Below are positions 21,803 through 31,723 of a stretch of 64,000 nucleotides of DNA, piece by piece. Source of the DNA: Planctomycetaceae bacterium (GTDB taxonomy: Bacteria > Planctomycetota > Planctomycetia > Planctomycetales > Planctomycetaceae). The notes below the pieces were generated by a model. It ran no database searches and was not told the origin of the DNA. It worked only from the letters and a program-made list of their open reading frames with translations. A program made the position numbers and the translations under genes. How positions within the stretch are numbered: position 1 is the stretch's first letter; the number at the start of each line of letters is the position of its first letter. The DNA lies in the NCBI GenBank assembly GCA_041398785.1, contig JAWKUA010000009.1, forward strand, positions 210,629 to 274,628. Reading direction: 5' to 3'.

Positions 21803-23037
21803 GATGTCGCCAGTTGCTTCAACAGGTCGTCATCCACGACGGTGCCCTTTGGTAGCTGCTTGATGAGTTCCACGACGGACATCACCTGATTGTCCGTCGG
21901 AGCCAGGCCGAGATCCTGCAAACGATGGGCGACAGCGCGACGTCCGCTGTGCCGCCCCAGCACGAGCTGAATACCGCCGGCACCGACCTTTTCCGGCCGA
22001 AACGGCAGGTACGTATCGGGATTCTTCAACAGGCCGTCCTGGTGAATACCGGCTTCCGTGGCAAAGATGTTTTGTCCGCCGATCGGCTTCATTCGAGGAA
22101 TCACGACACCTGTCAATTCCGCCACCAGATGGCAAAGCGGCGCCAGCTTTGTTGTGTCGACGCGGAACGTTCGCCGGTACTGATCCGGATGCATCGCCAG
22201 CGTCATCACGACTTCTTCCAGCGACGCGTTGCCGGCGCGTTCGCCGATGCCGTTGACCGTACACTGCACCACGTTTGCTCCTTCCTCAATGCAGGCCAGT
22301 GTATTCGCCACCGCCAGGCCAAGGTCGTTGTGGAAGTGAACGGCCAGCAGTGCCCGGTTCAGATTCGGCACTCCATCCTGAATTCGTCGAATGAAGTCGG
22401 CGGCCTTCCTCGGTGTCAGAATCCCCACCGTGTCAGGAAACCCGATGGTGGTGGCTCCGGCGTCGATGGCTTCGCGATAACACCGGCACAGAAAATCGAC
22501 TTCCGTGCGGCTGGCGTCTTCCGGACTGAACGCAACGATCCGGAATTTCGACGACGCATAGCTGACGCTGTCCGAAATGATCTTCAGGACTTCCGTCTGA
22601 GACTTCCGCAGCTTGTGCTGGCGGTGCAGCGGACTGGTGCCGCAAAACAAACTGACTCCGCGCTTGTGGTGCGGATTCCCTTCCAGTGCCCGATCGGCTG
22701 CGTCGATGTCTGCATTGACGGTGCGGCAAAGAGCCGTCAGCACCGGCTTCTTCACGACGCCGATCATTTTCCGGATCGCTTCGACATCCGCTTCACTGGA
22801 TGCCGGAAACCCGGCGTCCAGCGAGTGTACTCCGGCCGCCTCCAGGGCCTGCGCGATTTGCAGCTTGTCATCCGGTTCCAGCGTTGCTCCCGGCATCTGC
22901 TCACCGTCTCGAAGCGTCGTGTCGCTGAACAACACGGCTCCGGAGCGCTTGTGATGACTGATGACCGCCTGAGCAATCGTGTCCAGCACGTTCCGGCCAA
23001 GCCGCTGAAACAGGTTGTCAGACGTTTCCAATGACAT
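21799..23037 (-). CDS. 2-isopropylmalate synthase / homocitrate synthase family protein (short form, no LeuA regulatory domain)
   Basis: [13 protein letters not shown] (LRDGEQ), [15 protein letters not shown] and [17 protein letters not shown], typical of the HMGL-like/LeuA-NifV-CimA family. Stop TGA overlaps the yjbQ ATG (ATGA). Confidence 0.8.
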   Translation of the reverse strand: MSLETSDNLFQRLGRNVLDTIAQAVISHHKRSGAVLFSDTTLRDGEQMPGATLEPDDKLQIAQALEAAGVHSLDAGFPASSEADVEAIRKMIGVVKKPVLTALCRTVNADIDAADRALEGNPHHKRGVSLFCGTSPLHRQHKLRKSQTEVLKIISDSVSYASSKFRIVAFSPEDASRTEVDFLCRCYREAIDAGATTIGFPDTVGILTPRKAADFIRRIQDGVPNLNRALLAVHFHNDLGLAVANTLACIEEGANVVQCTVNGIGERAGNASLEEVVMTLAMHPDQYRRTFRVDTTKLAPLCHLVAELTGVVIPRMKPIGGQNIFATEAGIHQDGLLKNPDTYLPFRPEKVGAGGIQLVLGRHSGRRAVAHRLQDLGLAPTDNQVMSVVELIKQLPKGTVVDDDLLKQLATS

Positions 23038-23150
23038 GAAGTACTCGCGGAAGACAAAATTGGCGACGACGGCATTCTGCCAGCATCGCGCGATCCACGC
23101 GAGAGACTCGCGGAACGGGCGGGCGAATTCAGCGTTCAGGCGTCAGTTGT

Positions 23151-23192
23151 CAGATCTCAGATCTCAGATCTCAGATTTGTAATTTCAGATCT
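23151..23192. repeat. heptanucleotide tandem repeat (CAGATCT)n, about 6 units
   Basis: cagatctcagatctcagatctcagatttgtaatttcagatct lies in the intergenic space between the LeuA-family gene and the BatA/VWA gene. Confidence 0.8.
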
Positions 23193-23255
23193 TTACAACG
23201 TTGCTGTTGCCGACGGCGCGGGTTGTCGAAGCCGGGTTCACAAGCAGTCGCGTGT

Positions 23256-25541
23256 TCATTGACCTTCCAGTCCGCCGTGTCCCCGCAGCACAAGCCGCCT
23301 GGTCATCCACAGTTCAAACACCAGCATTCCCAGAAAACTAAACATCAGCAAAGCCCACAATTCGCTGTGAGACTCGTCGCCGTACAGCAACCTGGCAAGC
23401 GTCGCTGTGGAATCCACGAATGTCATTCTGTTGTTGACGATCAGACGGCTGCGGTCATCGTCATTCAGCTCGGCCGAATCGTCTTCGGAATGATCATAGT
23501 TGACGACGAAGGAATCGATTGGCCTGGACCCGACGTCTGCGTCCCTGCCCGCGGGTCGCAATTCGTAGACCCCCGGCAGCGTCGTGCGAGCCAGCATGGC
23601 GATTGACTCGGATTCACCGGTCGACAGCTCCGCATCCAGCCGCCGGTTAAAAGGAGCGTCAAACTTCAGTTCCGGAAGCGGCATGTCGTTGGCCGGCAGC
23701 GGCAACGTGGCCAGCAGCGGTTCACCAAAGCTGACATTGCGGCGAACTTTGGACGACGCCATTTGAAAGATGGCTTCGTGAATAAACGGCACGAAATCGG
23801 GCCTCGCGGGAAGGTTGTTCCAGCGTGTGTCGAGTGTTGTCGTCGAAATCAGCACGGTTCCCCTGCCGCACCTGACACTGAACAGCAGTGGATCTCCGGT
23901 CGCCAATTGAGCCAGCGCAATCGGCGGTTCTGCGGGAAGCACATCGTCATCGAGTTCGTCGACCAGCGCTTCGCCGTCAGCATCGTTCGAAGGAACCGGC
24001 GCCGCGGAAAGATCCGCCAGCCACCACTTTTCGTAAGATGCCTTCAGAAAGCTGCTGTCCTCGCGTGCCCGAAAACGGTCCAACCAGCCTGCCTGCAGAC
24101 TGTAGGGAAGCACGCGCGTCGGTTCCGGAGCATCCGGGTCGACCTCACGGATCCGAGTGAGCTTCATCGCCGGCAGCAATCCGGATTCCACAAACAGAGC
24201 ATTGAACGCTGCCGGTGTCGTATCGGGTCCCAGCGAAATGAAGACTCCGCTGCCGCGCTTCACGGAATCCCGGATCACTTCTGAGATCCCATCGGGCAGA
24301 CGATCGACGTCCGGCAGAACAACGACAGCGGCTGCCGTGACGTCGTCTGCAGTGACATCCGAAGCCCGCACGACCCTGGCCTTCACCCACGGCGACTTGT
24401 TCTGCGGAGCCGTCAGTGCCGCGGCGGCAAAGAACGTGTGGCCTTCCGAGGCAACCAGACTGCGCGACGATTCGACCAGCAGCACAGGAATGGCCGAAGT
24501 GACGCGCACGGCGGCGTCGGCTGAATTGTCGATCAGCAGCGGATCATTCGGCACGTCGGCCTGAACCGACAGCCGACGCGTGCCTTCCGACGGAAAACGA
24601 TACTCCAGCTCAACGACCGCATCGGAATTTGCCGGAACGGAAACGCTGGTGTCCTTCTCAGCCAGCCGCTGACCATCGACCAGCACGTGCAGCGGCACAA
24701 CAACGGCCGTGCTGCCGGAATTCCGGACAGCTACACGAAATCGCACCGGAAATCCAGGAACCGTCAGGTCTCGCGACAGATCCAGCCGACCAACGGCAAT
24801 GTTCTGTCCCAACGGTGCCAGTCCGTCGCTGATGTCGACGACCCAGAACCGGGGACGCACTGACGGAAAACTCAGAAGGTCGTCGAATCGCTTCCACAAC
24901 GGATCATTTTCCACAGCCCACCCGGCTCGCTGGCGATCGGTCAGCACAATGATCTCGCGTCTGCCGTTGCTGCTGCGGCTCAGCATTCCGACGGCCAGTT
25001 CGCCGGCCGCCTGGAGGTTTGCGGCTCCCGACGGCGGTGCCAGTTGAACGATGCTGTCACGGACAAGGTCGCGGTCGTGAATCGGCGATTCAATCACGGC
25101 GACCGGTCGGTCACGAGCGTCAATGACGGCGACCGTGTCTCCGGGCTGCAGCGTGTCCAGAAACTCAATCGCGCGCTTCACTGCCTTTTGGTGCAGCGTC
25201 GTCAACCCGTCGCTGCGAGCCATGGAATTCGATCCGTCGATCACCAGCACCACATCGCGTGATCCGCCGGATCGATAACCGGTCAGAAACCCGGTGTCGA
25301 TCCACGGACGAGCCGCCGCGAACGCAAGCAGGAAGATCAGTCCGATTCGAACAAGCAGCAGCAGCAATTCTTCCAGCTTCAGCCGGCGACGCGTGCGCCG
25401 ACTGGGGTCCAGAAACTGCATGGCTCCCCATTCGACAATGTCGAATTTTCGGCGACTGAGCAAATGGGCAATCACCGGTAACGCGACACCGGCCAGCCCG
25501 AGCAGCATCAGCGGGTTCAGAAAAAACTGCAGCATCGACAC
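23256..25541 (-). CDS. BatA-type double-TM N-terminal domain + von Willebrand factor A domain protein
   Basis: N-terminal LLGLAGVALPVIAHLLSRRKFDIVEWGAMQFL (TIGR02226-like double TM). VLVIDGSNSM...TVAVIDARDRP (VWA MIDAS-like). C-terminal TM. Confidence 0.75.
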   Translation of the reverse strand: MSMLQFFLNPLMLLGLAGVALPVIAHLLSRRKFDIVEWGAMQFLDPSRRTRRRLKLEELLLLLVRIGLIFLLAFAAARPWIDTGFLTGYRSGGSRDVVLVIDGSNSMARSDGLTTLHQKAVKRAIEFLDTLQPGDTVAVIDARDRPVAVIESPIHDRDLVRDSIVQLAPPSGAANLQAAGELAVGMLSRSSNGRREIIVLTDRQRAGWAVENDPLWKRFDDLLSFPSVRPRFWVVDISDGLAPLGQNIAVGRLDLSRDLTVPGFPVRFRVAVRNSGSTAVVVPLHVLVDGQRLAEKDTSVSVPANSDAVVELEYRFPSEGTRRLSVQADVPNDPLLIDNSADAAVRVTSAIPVLLVESSRSLVASEGHTFFAAAALTAPQNKSPWVKARVVRASDVTADDVTAAAVVVLPDVDRLPDGISEVIRDSVKRGSGVFISLGPDTTPAAFNALFVESGLLPAMKLTRIREVDPDAPEPTRVLPYSLQAGWLDRFRAREDSSFLKASYEKWWLADLSAAPVPSNDADGEALVDELDDDVLPAEPPIALAQLATGDPLLFSVRCGRGTVLISTTTLDTRWNNLPARPDFVPFIHEAIFQMASSKVRRNVSFGEPLLATLPLPANDMPLPELKFDAPFNRRLDAELSTGESESIAMLARTTLPGVYELRPAGRDADVGSRPIDSFVVNYDHSEDDSAELNDDDRSRLIVNNRMTFVDSTATLARLLYGDESHSELWALLMFSFLGMLVFELWMTRRLVLRGHGGLEGQ

Positions 25542-25641
25542 AAGCTACGGAACACACCGGCCTCGCCGCAAGGATCACACCACCCGTCGGCTCAGGCCGC
25601 CGACTTGAGTGCCGCGTGCCGGATGTCGGGCGGCGGAACGG

Positions 25642-28600
25642 TCAGTCTTCGTCCTGTTCCCACAGTCCCGTACCGTCCGAGATCACGATGTCGAAGCATT
25701 CTTCCGGCGTGGCAGCAACCAGCAGTCGGAAGTCGGCTCCGTGTCCGTACCGCAGAGCGTTGGGCTTACCGGTTGCGGCCAGTTGTTCCAGGTCGCGACG
25801 AAGCAGTGACGTGCCGCGGCGAAAGTCGATCAGCAGCCACGCCTGCAGCCACTGATCGAACAGAGAAACACCGCCCTCGCCGCGAGGAATCTGGGCTTCT
25901 TTTTCGGCGATGCTGTTCAGCAGATCGCGGGCCGCGAACTGATCGACGAGTGCCAGAATCTTTGCCGATGTAATCGTCGCCTGCAGCCGCTGCTGACCGG
26001 AATTCACAGATCCTTTGGCTCGCGCGGCAAACCTGACGTGCCACACGACGCTTTCCAAATCCGGATACCCGGCCTGTTTTGCCTGAAACGCCAGAGCGGC
26101 AGCGAATGGACCACCTTCACCATAGTTGCTCCAACCGGAGTACGCGTTCTCTTCCGCGCGATGAATCGCCAGCGCTTCGTCAATCAGAGTCCACGCCAGG
26201 GGCTGATCCAGGCGGGCAACTTCGACGGCAAGGCAGCCGAGCGCCTGAGCACGATTGTCCGGTTCTTCGCACTGGCGGACGAGTCGGATGGCCTGATCCA
26301 GATCGGTTCCGATCAGTTGCCTTGCGATCCGTAGCCGCGCGCGATTGCGGATGTTGGGAGCGTTGCCGTCTCCCTGCAGAGATTCCACGTCGCGAATGCT
26401 CCTGTCGAGATCCACCGTCGCCGCGGCCACCGCGACATCGGCCTGAGCGTCCGTGCGCTGGTAACCGGCTTCTTCCTGATCGGCCAGAGAACGGGCTCGA
26501 GCATAGTCGTAGACCGCCAATGCCGTTGCCGCATCCTTCCTGATCCAGCGGTTCCGTTCACCAGCAGCTTCTTCCAGCCGCGTCAGAGTCTTTTCAATCA
26601 GTTCGCGAGCTTCATCGTCGCGCCCAAGAAGCCGGTACAACCTTGCCAGCGGTGGGTAGTATTGCGGCGAATCCTCGTTGTCTGCGATCTGCCGGGCGAG
26701 TTCCGCCAGCTTGACCACCGTCGCTCTGTCTGTTGCGTCATCGGAACCTGCCAGTTCCCGCGCTAAGGTGAGAGCCGTGTGAAGTCCGTGACCATTTCGC
26801 GTTTCGGACAACAACTCCACAGCGCGCTCCGGGTCTTCGTGGATCGACCACCTGGCGAATTCACACCGAACCACACGATTGAAAGTCCCGCCCGCAAGTT
26901 CAGACATTGCCATCGCGGCGTCCGGGTCAATCCGGACCATCGCCTCCAGCAACCCGATCCGCGACGTGATCCGCGGATTCATGGGCATCTTCCATGCAGA
27001 TTCGACGAGTTCCCGGGCTGTCGCCAGTTGGTCTTCCCGCTTTGGCGTCACGCGTTTCCGGACGCCGACGGGCGGAGAGTCGTTCGACCGAAGCGTGATT
27101 TCCGTGGATGGCTGGCCTCGCACAACAGTCGCTCCGCCGAATCGAAAACCGTTCGCGTCAGCAAAGACATAGCGCACGTCCGGCGCGACGCCTTCAAGCT
27201 TCCAGGCCCCCTGGCTGTCGGAGATACCGGACGCCATCCTCCATTCCTTGCCGGCGGAATAAATTTTCGCACCGGCGATCGGATCTCCGTTCGCGTCGAC
27301 CAACCGACCACTGACTTCCGCGGGCTGCGCGTCTGCCAGCACAATCGGTTCCAGTTCGACGACATCGCCGCGACTGCCGCTTGTAAAAGGCGATTCGGCC
27401 GGCGTGAACCCTTCGGCCCGAACGGTGATGCGATAGCCGCGATCAGGCCATAGTGGACCGGTCGTGGCAACACCGTCTGCGTCGGTTTGGACCGTGCCCG
27501 CGCCACCGGATATCGCCAGACCGGAATCGATCCACTTCGACACGTATTCGTAGGTCGTGCCGACCAGGACGTTCGCGTTCGGGATCGGATCGCGGCGAGA
27601 ATCGACGATCCGGCAGCGAATCCGAAAGCCATGTTCCGGCGAGATCCTGACTTGCAGCGGCTGGCTGAGATTCAGTTCACCGGGTGTCACGACCAAAGCC
27701 GGATCGCTGATCGCTTCAGAAGTCCGGATTCGAATCGGCAGCGTGTCATTGAGTGCGACCTGACGGATCACAAATCGGCCGCGATCGTCGGTCAACTGTT
27801 CCCTTCCGTAATCTTTCTGTGCCGGATAGCCGGCCGGCGTGACGACCTTCACGACGGCGCGTGGAACGGCCTGCCCCCGCTCGTCAACGACCTCGATTTC
27901 CACATTTCCGGCCGGGTCCAGTAACAAATCCGGCCAATCCGTGTCGTCAGTGACATCCAGCGTCGGTATGCGAGACTTGTGTTCTTCGGAACGGCCTTCC
28001 GGGTCCAGGGGAACGTAGTCTTCCGGAACGTCGACGACCGTCGCGCGGTACCGGGCCGAAGTTCCGTGCAGGAGAAATCGCCCGTCGGCATCGGTTGTCG
28101 CTCGCGGCCCCCAGTGCAGCGTTCCCTCGACGAGTTTCATGAACTGCACCGTCGCCCCCGGGACTGGTTTCTGATCGGCCAGTCCCAGCACGCGGCCGGA
28201 GATTCGCAGACCTCGTTCGGCCGGCAACCTGAAATCTTCAGTTGACTGACCCGGTTCCAGCCGCACGACCGCAGCCTGAGCCGGCGAAAGCGGCATCGCC
28301 GGGTCATACTCGGCCGACACGCTGTAGTTTCCAGGCGGCAACGAGTCCCATGCAAACGTGCCGTCGGAAGCGATATCGACCGTGTCGTAGAAACTGATTC
28401 CATACGCAGCCGACTTTACGTCCGTGACGATACTACCGGAGGCATCGTAATAGGCGGCAGCCCGGACGCTGACGGTTCCGAGTTTCTTTCGAACTTCCGG
28501 CAACCGTTCCACCGTACCCGCGGGCCAGCCGATTGAGCCGGACAACCGCGCGGCCGGCCGAAGCGTGATGGTCAGTTGCTGGTCGAGATTGAACGTCAGC

Positions 28601-29292
28601 CGCGGCGCCGCGAAGCCATTCGTGGTGACGGTTGAATAAACCGCAGCGCCGGCGGGCACCATCGGTATCACGAACCGACCATCAGCGTCCGTCGTCGCGG
28701 TTCGCTGTTCCGCCATCTCCGCCGAAAACTTTGCGTAGTTGATGTCGTCCAGCCCCAGCTTCCGCGACGACAGTGTTTGTGGAACGATCTTCGCACCGGA
28801 AATCGGTTGCCCCTGATCGTCAACCAGACGACCTGCGAACGTCGTCGCCGGCTTCGTAGTCACGGTCAGAGGACGCCGGCGGTGGTTATACAGTCGGCTG
28901 AAGAATCCCATCTCTGCCGTGCCGTACATCGCCCAGACGCTGAGCTGTCCGGGATTCGCGAAAACGACGTCCTCTTCGGGCAGATCGGTAAAGGTGAAAT
29001 GGCCGTCGGCATCCGCCGTCGTCTGACCCAATGTGACCGGGGCGTCGTAGCTGCCCCCGAGCAACAACACCACGGCGCCCGCGGCGGGAGCTCCCGTCGA
29101 TGTTTCAACGGCACCCAGCACAAGCGGCTGATCAGTTTCGTCAGCAGGTCCCGCCAGCCCCGACTGCGCCCGCACGTCGGAGGACAAGGCAAGCACCAGC
29201 AACGGAAACAACACGACCAGGCACCGCCGCGTGCGGTGGCAATCAATCAGCCGTCTGAACATTGCCCTTCCTCCAACTGATGACCGTGGCAA
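25642..29292 (-). CDS. large secreted protein with multiple carboxypeptidase-regulatory-like beta-sandwich domains and a C-terminal helical-repeat (TPR/HEAT-like) region
   Basis: Signal peptide MFRRLIDCHRTRRCLVVLFPLLVLALSSDVRAQ. Repeated GRLVD.NG.PIAGAKI / GRVLGLADQKPVPGATVQF units. C-terminal third is alpha-helical. Confidence 0.6.
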   Translation of the reverse strand: MPRSSVGGRAMFRRLIDCHRTRRCLVVLFPLLVLALSSDVRAQSGLAGPADETDQPLVLGAVETSTGAPAAGAVVLLLGGSYDAPVTLGQTTADADGHFTFTDLPEEDVVFANPGQLSVWAMYGTAEMGFFSRLYNHRRRPLTVTTKPATTFAGRLVDDQGQPISGAKIVPQTLSSRKLGLDDINYAKFSAEMAEQRTATTDADGRFVIPMVPAGAAVYSTVTTNGFAAPRLTFNLDQQLTITLRPAARLSGSIGWPAGTVERLPEVRKKLGTVSVRAAAYYDASGSIVTDVKSAAYGISFYDTVDIASDGTFAWDSLPPGNYSVSAEYDPAMPLSPAQAAVVRLEPGQSTEDFRLPAERGLRISGRVLGLADQKPVPGATVQFMKLVEGTLHWGPRATTDADGRFLLHGTSARYRATVVDVPEDYVPLDPEGRSEEHKSRIPTLDVTDDTDWPDLLLDPAGNVEIEVVDERGQAVPRAVVKVVTPAGYPAQKDYGREQLTDDRGRFVIRQVALNDTLPIRIRTSEAISDPALVVTPGELNLSQPLQVRISPEHGFRIRCRIVDSRRDPIPNANVLVGTTYEYVSKWIDSGLAISGGAGTVQTDADGVATTGPLWPDRGYRITVRAEGFTPAESPFTSGSRGDVVELEPIVLADAQPAEVSGRLVDANGDPIAGAKIYSAGKEWRMASGISDSQGAWKLEGVAPDVRYVFADANGFRFGGATVVRGQPSTEITLRSNDSPPVGVRKRVTPKREDQLATARELVESAWKMPMNPRITSRIGLLEAMVRIDPDAAMAMSELAGGTFNRVVRCEFARWSIHEDPERAVELLSETRNGHGLHTALTLARELAGSDDATDRATVVKLAELARQIADNEDSPQYYPPLARLYRLLGRDDEARELIEKTLTRLEEAAGERNRWIRKDAATALAVYDYARARSLADQEEAGYQRTDAQADVAVAAATVDLDRSIRDVESLQGDGNAPNIRNRARLRIARQLIGTDLDQAIRLVRQCEEPDNRAQALGCLAVEVARLDQPLAWTLIDEALAIHRAEENAYSGWSNYGEGGPFAAALAFQAKQAGYPDLESVVWHVRFAARAKGSVNSGQQRLQATITSAKILALVDQFAARDLLNSIAEKEAQIPRGEGGVSLFDQWLQAWLLIDFRRGTSLLRRDLEQLAATGKPNALRYGHGADFRLLVAATPEECFDIVISDGTGLWEQDED

Positions 29293-29346
29293 CTGATGAC
29301 CGTGGCAGCGCCGCCATCGGATCGGAAAACGTTCACACCGCGCCTG

Positions 29347-29883
29347 CTATGAGCGCCGCGACGAACTCCTGAGAACCTGCAGCAAACGCGCCAGCTCGTT
29401 CAGGTCTTCAGCAATCCACTTCAGTTCCAGTTCGTTTTCCAGCACGGCATTCACATCTTTTTCCGGATGGCTTTTGGCCACGACGGACCGAAATTCCGAA
29501 GCGATGTCGTGAACTGAGGTCGGGCCGAGCGATGAACCGCTGCCGCTGGTTGTATCGACGAGCCGCAATCGGAATGCCAGGTCGGATCGCAGCCGTTCGT
29601 CGAGCAACCGGCAGGATTCGATTCTCGCGGCAACGTCTTTGCGAACCCGCTGAATCTCGCCGAAGGTTGCTCCGCTGCAATCAGAGCCGCCCGTGCTGAA
29701 TCCCATCGACGCAGCCAGCGCCTCCGCGTTGTTACTGAAGTCACGCCGCCGGCTTGAGGCGCTCTCGGACTCCGCGGCGCTGTGGCGAACGGTCATGTCT
29801 CGGTCGGCAAAGTCGTCGGCCTGGTTGTAAGGACGCTTCGACATCGTTCGCCCTCCGGAAAACCAGCCGGTCTCGTTGTACAT
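29347..29883 (-). CDS. hypothetical protein
   Basis: 178-aa ORF between the large secreted protein gene and purH. No recognisable motif. Kept only because of size and non-overlap. Confidence 0.3.
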   Translation of the reverse strand: MYNETGWFSGGRTMSKRPYNQADDFADRDMTVRHSAAESESASSRRRDFSNNAEALAASMGFSTGGSDCSGATFGEIQRVRKDVAARIESCRLLDERLRSDLAFRLRLVDTTSGSGSSLGPTSVHDIASEFRSVVAKSHPEKDVNAVLENELELKWIAEDLNELARLLQVLRSSSRRS

Positions 29884-29967
29884 CCACAGGGGCGCGTCGG
29901 ACCGGCAGTGTTGAGGAGAGACAAAGTATGGACTGCCGCGGCGGCAAAGGGAACACAGCGCTGCTAT

Positions 29968-31554
29968 TCAATGCCGGAAGTGCCTCCGTCCCGTGAAGAT
30001 CATCGCCATGCCGTGTTCGTTGCAGGCGGCGATGACTTCGTCGTCATTGCGGGAACCGCCGGGCTGGATGACCGCCCTGATTCCGGCCTTTGCGGCTTCG
30101 TCGATACCGTCCCGAAACGGAAAGAAGGCGTCACTGGCAACCACGCCCTCGCGGCTGCGGTCGCCTGATTTTGTGGCTGCGATGAATGAGCTGTCCAGGC
30201 GGCTCATCTGGCCGGCCCCGGCTCCCAGCAACATGCCGTCCTTTGCAAACACGATCGCGTTGGACTTCACGTGACGGCAGACCTTCCAGGCAAACCGCAG
30301 ATCACGTCGTTCCGGATCGGTGGGCTGGCGTTCGGTAACGGTCTTCCAGTCATCTTCCGGCTGCGGCAGATCGTCGCGGTCCTGAACCAACAGGCCTCCG
30401 GTGACTCGGCGGTATTCCGCTTCGCCGCGACCCGCGTCGGAGAATTCGACCTGCATCAGCCGCACGTTGTTCTTCCACTTTGGTTTCGTCGTGAGAATTC
30501 TGAACGCGTCTTCGTCGTAACCGGGGGCAATCACGGCTTCGATGAATCGGCCGGGTTCACACAAACGTTCGGCGGTGGCCGCGTCGACGATCCGATTCAG
30601 ACCGATGATCGAACCGAACGCGCTGACGGGATCTCCGGCGTGAGCATTCTCGAAGGCGGCCGCCAGAGTTTCCGCAACCGCACACCCGCACGGATTACTG
30701 TGCTTGATGACGCAGGCCGCCGGCTCGTCAAAGTCGGCGGCGATCGACTTCGCTGCGTCAAGATCCATCAGATTGTTGTACGACAATTCCTTCCCGTGCA
30801 GTTGCTCAGCACTCGCCAGTGATGTGCGGGAAGGGCTGTCTTCAACGTAGAACGCTGCCTTCTGATGAGGATTCTCGCCGTACCGCAGGGCCGACTTCAG
30901 GCGAAACGAAAGACACAGCCGCGATCCCCACTCGGAAGCCTGTTCGCCTTTCGCCGCGTCGGAGGTGATCTGTGCCATGTAGTTGGAAATCGCCCGATCG
31001 TACTGAGCCGTCATTTCGAAGGCTGCGGCGGCCAGCCTGCGGCGAAATGCTTCGTCAAGACTGTTCGACCGCAGGCGATCCAGCACGTCGTCGTATTGCG
31101 CGGACGACGTCACGATGGCCACGTGAGCATGGTTCTTGGCGGCCGAGCGGACCATTGACGGACCGCCGATATCGATCTGCTCGATGGCTTCGGGAATGGT
31201 CACGCCGGGTTTCGCGATGGTTTGCCGAAACGGGTACAGATTGCAGACGACCACCTGAAACGGAACGATCCCGTGTTCCGCGATGGCTGCCGCGTCGGAT
31301 GCCAGGTTCGGCCGCCCGAGTATCGCTCCGTGAACCTTCGGATGCAGCGTCTTGACCCGCCCGTCCATGATCTCCGGAAACTGCGTGTACGCGGTGACGT
31401 CGATGACCGGAATGCCGGCTTCTTCCAGAAACTTTCGCGTTCCTCCGGTCGACAGGATCTCGAAGCCGAGTTCCGCGAGACCTTTGACGAACGAATCCAG
31501 TCCCTGCTTGTCACTCACGCTGACAAGCGCCCGACGCGGCGATTCCTGAGCCAT
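29968..31554 (-). CDS. purH: bifunctional AICAR formyltransferase / IMP cyclohydrolase
   Basis: RRALVSVSDKQGLDSFVKGLAELGFEILSTGGTRKFLEEAGIPVIDV...LHPKVHGAIL. Canonical PurH MGS-like and AICARFT domains are present. Confidence 0.95.
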   Translation of the reverse strand: MAQESPRRALVSVSDKQGLDSFVKGLAELGFEILSTGGTRKFLEEAGIPVIDVTAYTQFPEIMDGRVKTLHPKVHGAILGRPNLASDAAAIAEHGIVPFQVVVCNLYPFRQTIAKPGVTIPEAIEQIDIGGPSMVRSAAKNHAHVAIVTSSAQYDDVLDRLRSNSLDEAFRRRLAAAAFEMTAQYDRAISNYMAQITSDAAKGEQASEWGSRLCLSFRLKSALRYGENPHQKAAFYVEDSPSRTSLASAEQLHGKELSYNNLMDLDAAKSIAADFDEPAACVIKHSNPCGCAVAETLAAAFENAHAGDPVSAFGSIIGLNRIVDAATAERLCEPGRFIEAVIAPGYDEDAFRILTTKPKWKNNVRLMQVEFSDAGRGEAEYRRVTGGLLVQDRDDLPQPEDDWKTVTERQPTDPERRDLRFAWKVCRHVKSNAIVFAKDGMLLGAGAGQMSRLDSSFIAATKSGDRSREGVVASDAFFPFRDGIDEAAKAGIRAVIQPGGSRNDDEVIAACNEHGMAMIFTGRRHFRH

Positions 31555-31723
31555 CTTGCTAACCAGTATCTCACACCAATAGGATCAACGAAAAAGCCGC
31601 TGGCAACAATTCGCCAGCGGCTGTGTCGGTTTGAAATCTATCGGTGACCTGCACCAGCGTCAAATGTCGGAAACCCGAGGGCAGGATCGTTTCCGGGCAA
31701 TGCAGATCAGCCCCGGTTTCGCA

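Noticed and set aside
21925-23034. 369-aa + ORF
   Set aside because: Antisense to the LeuA-family gene, which has canonical LRDGEQ/HFHND motifs.
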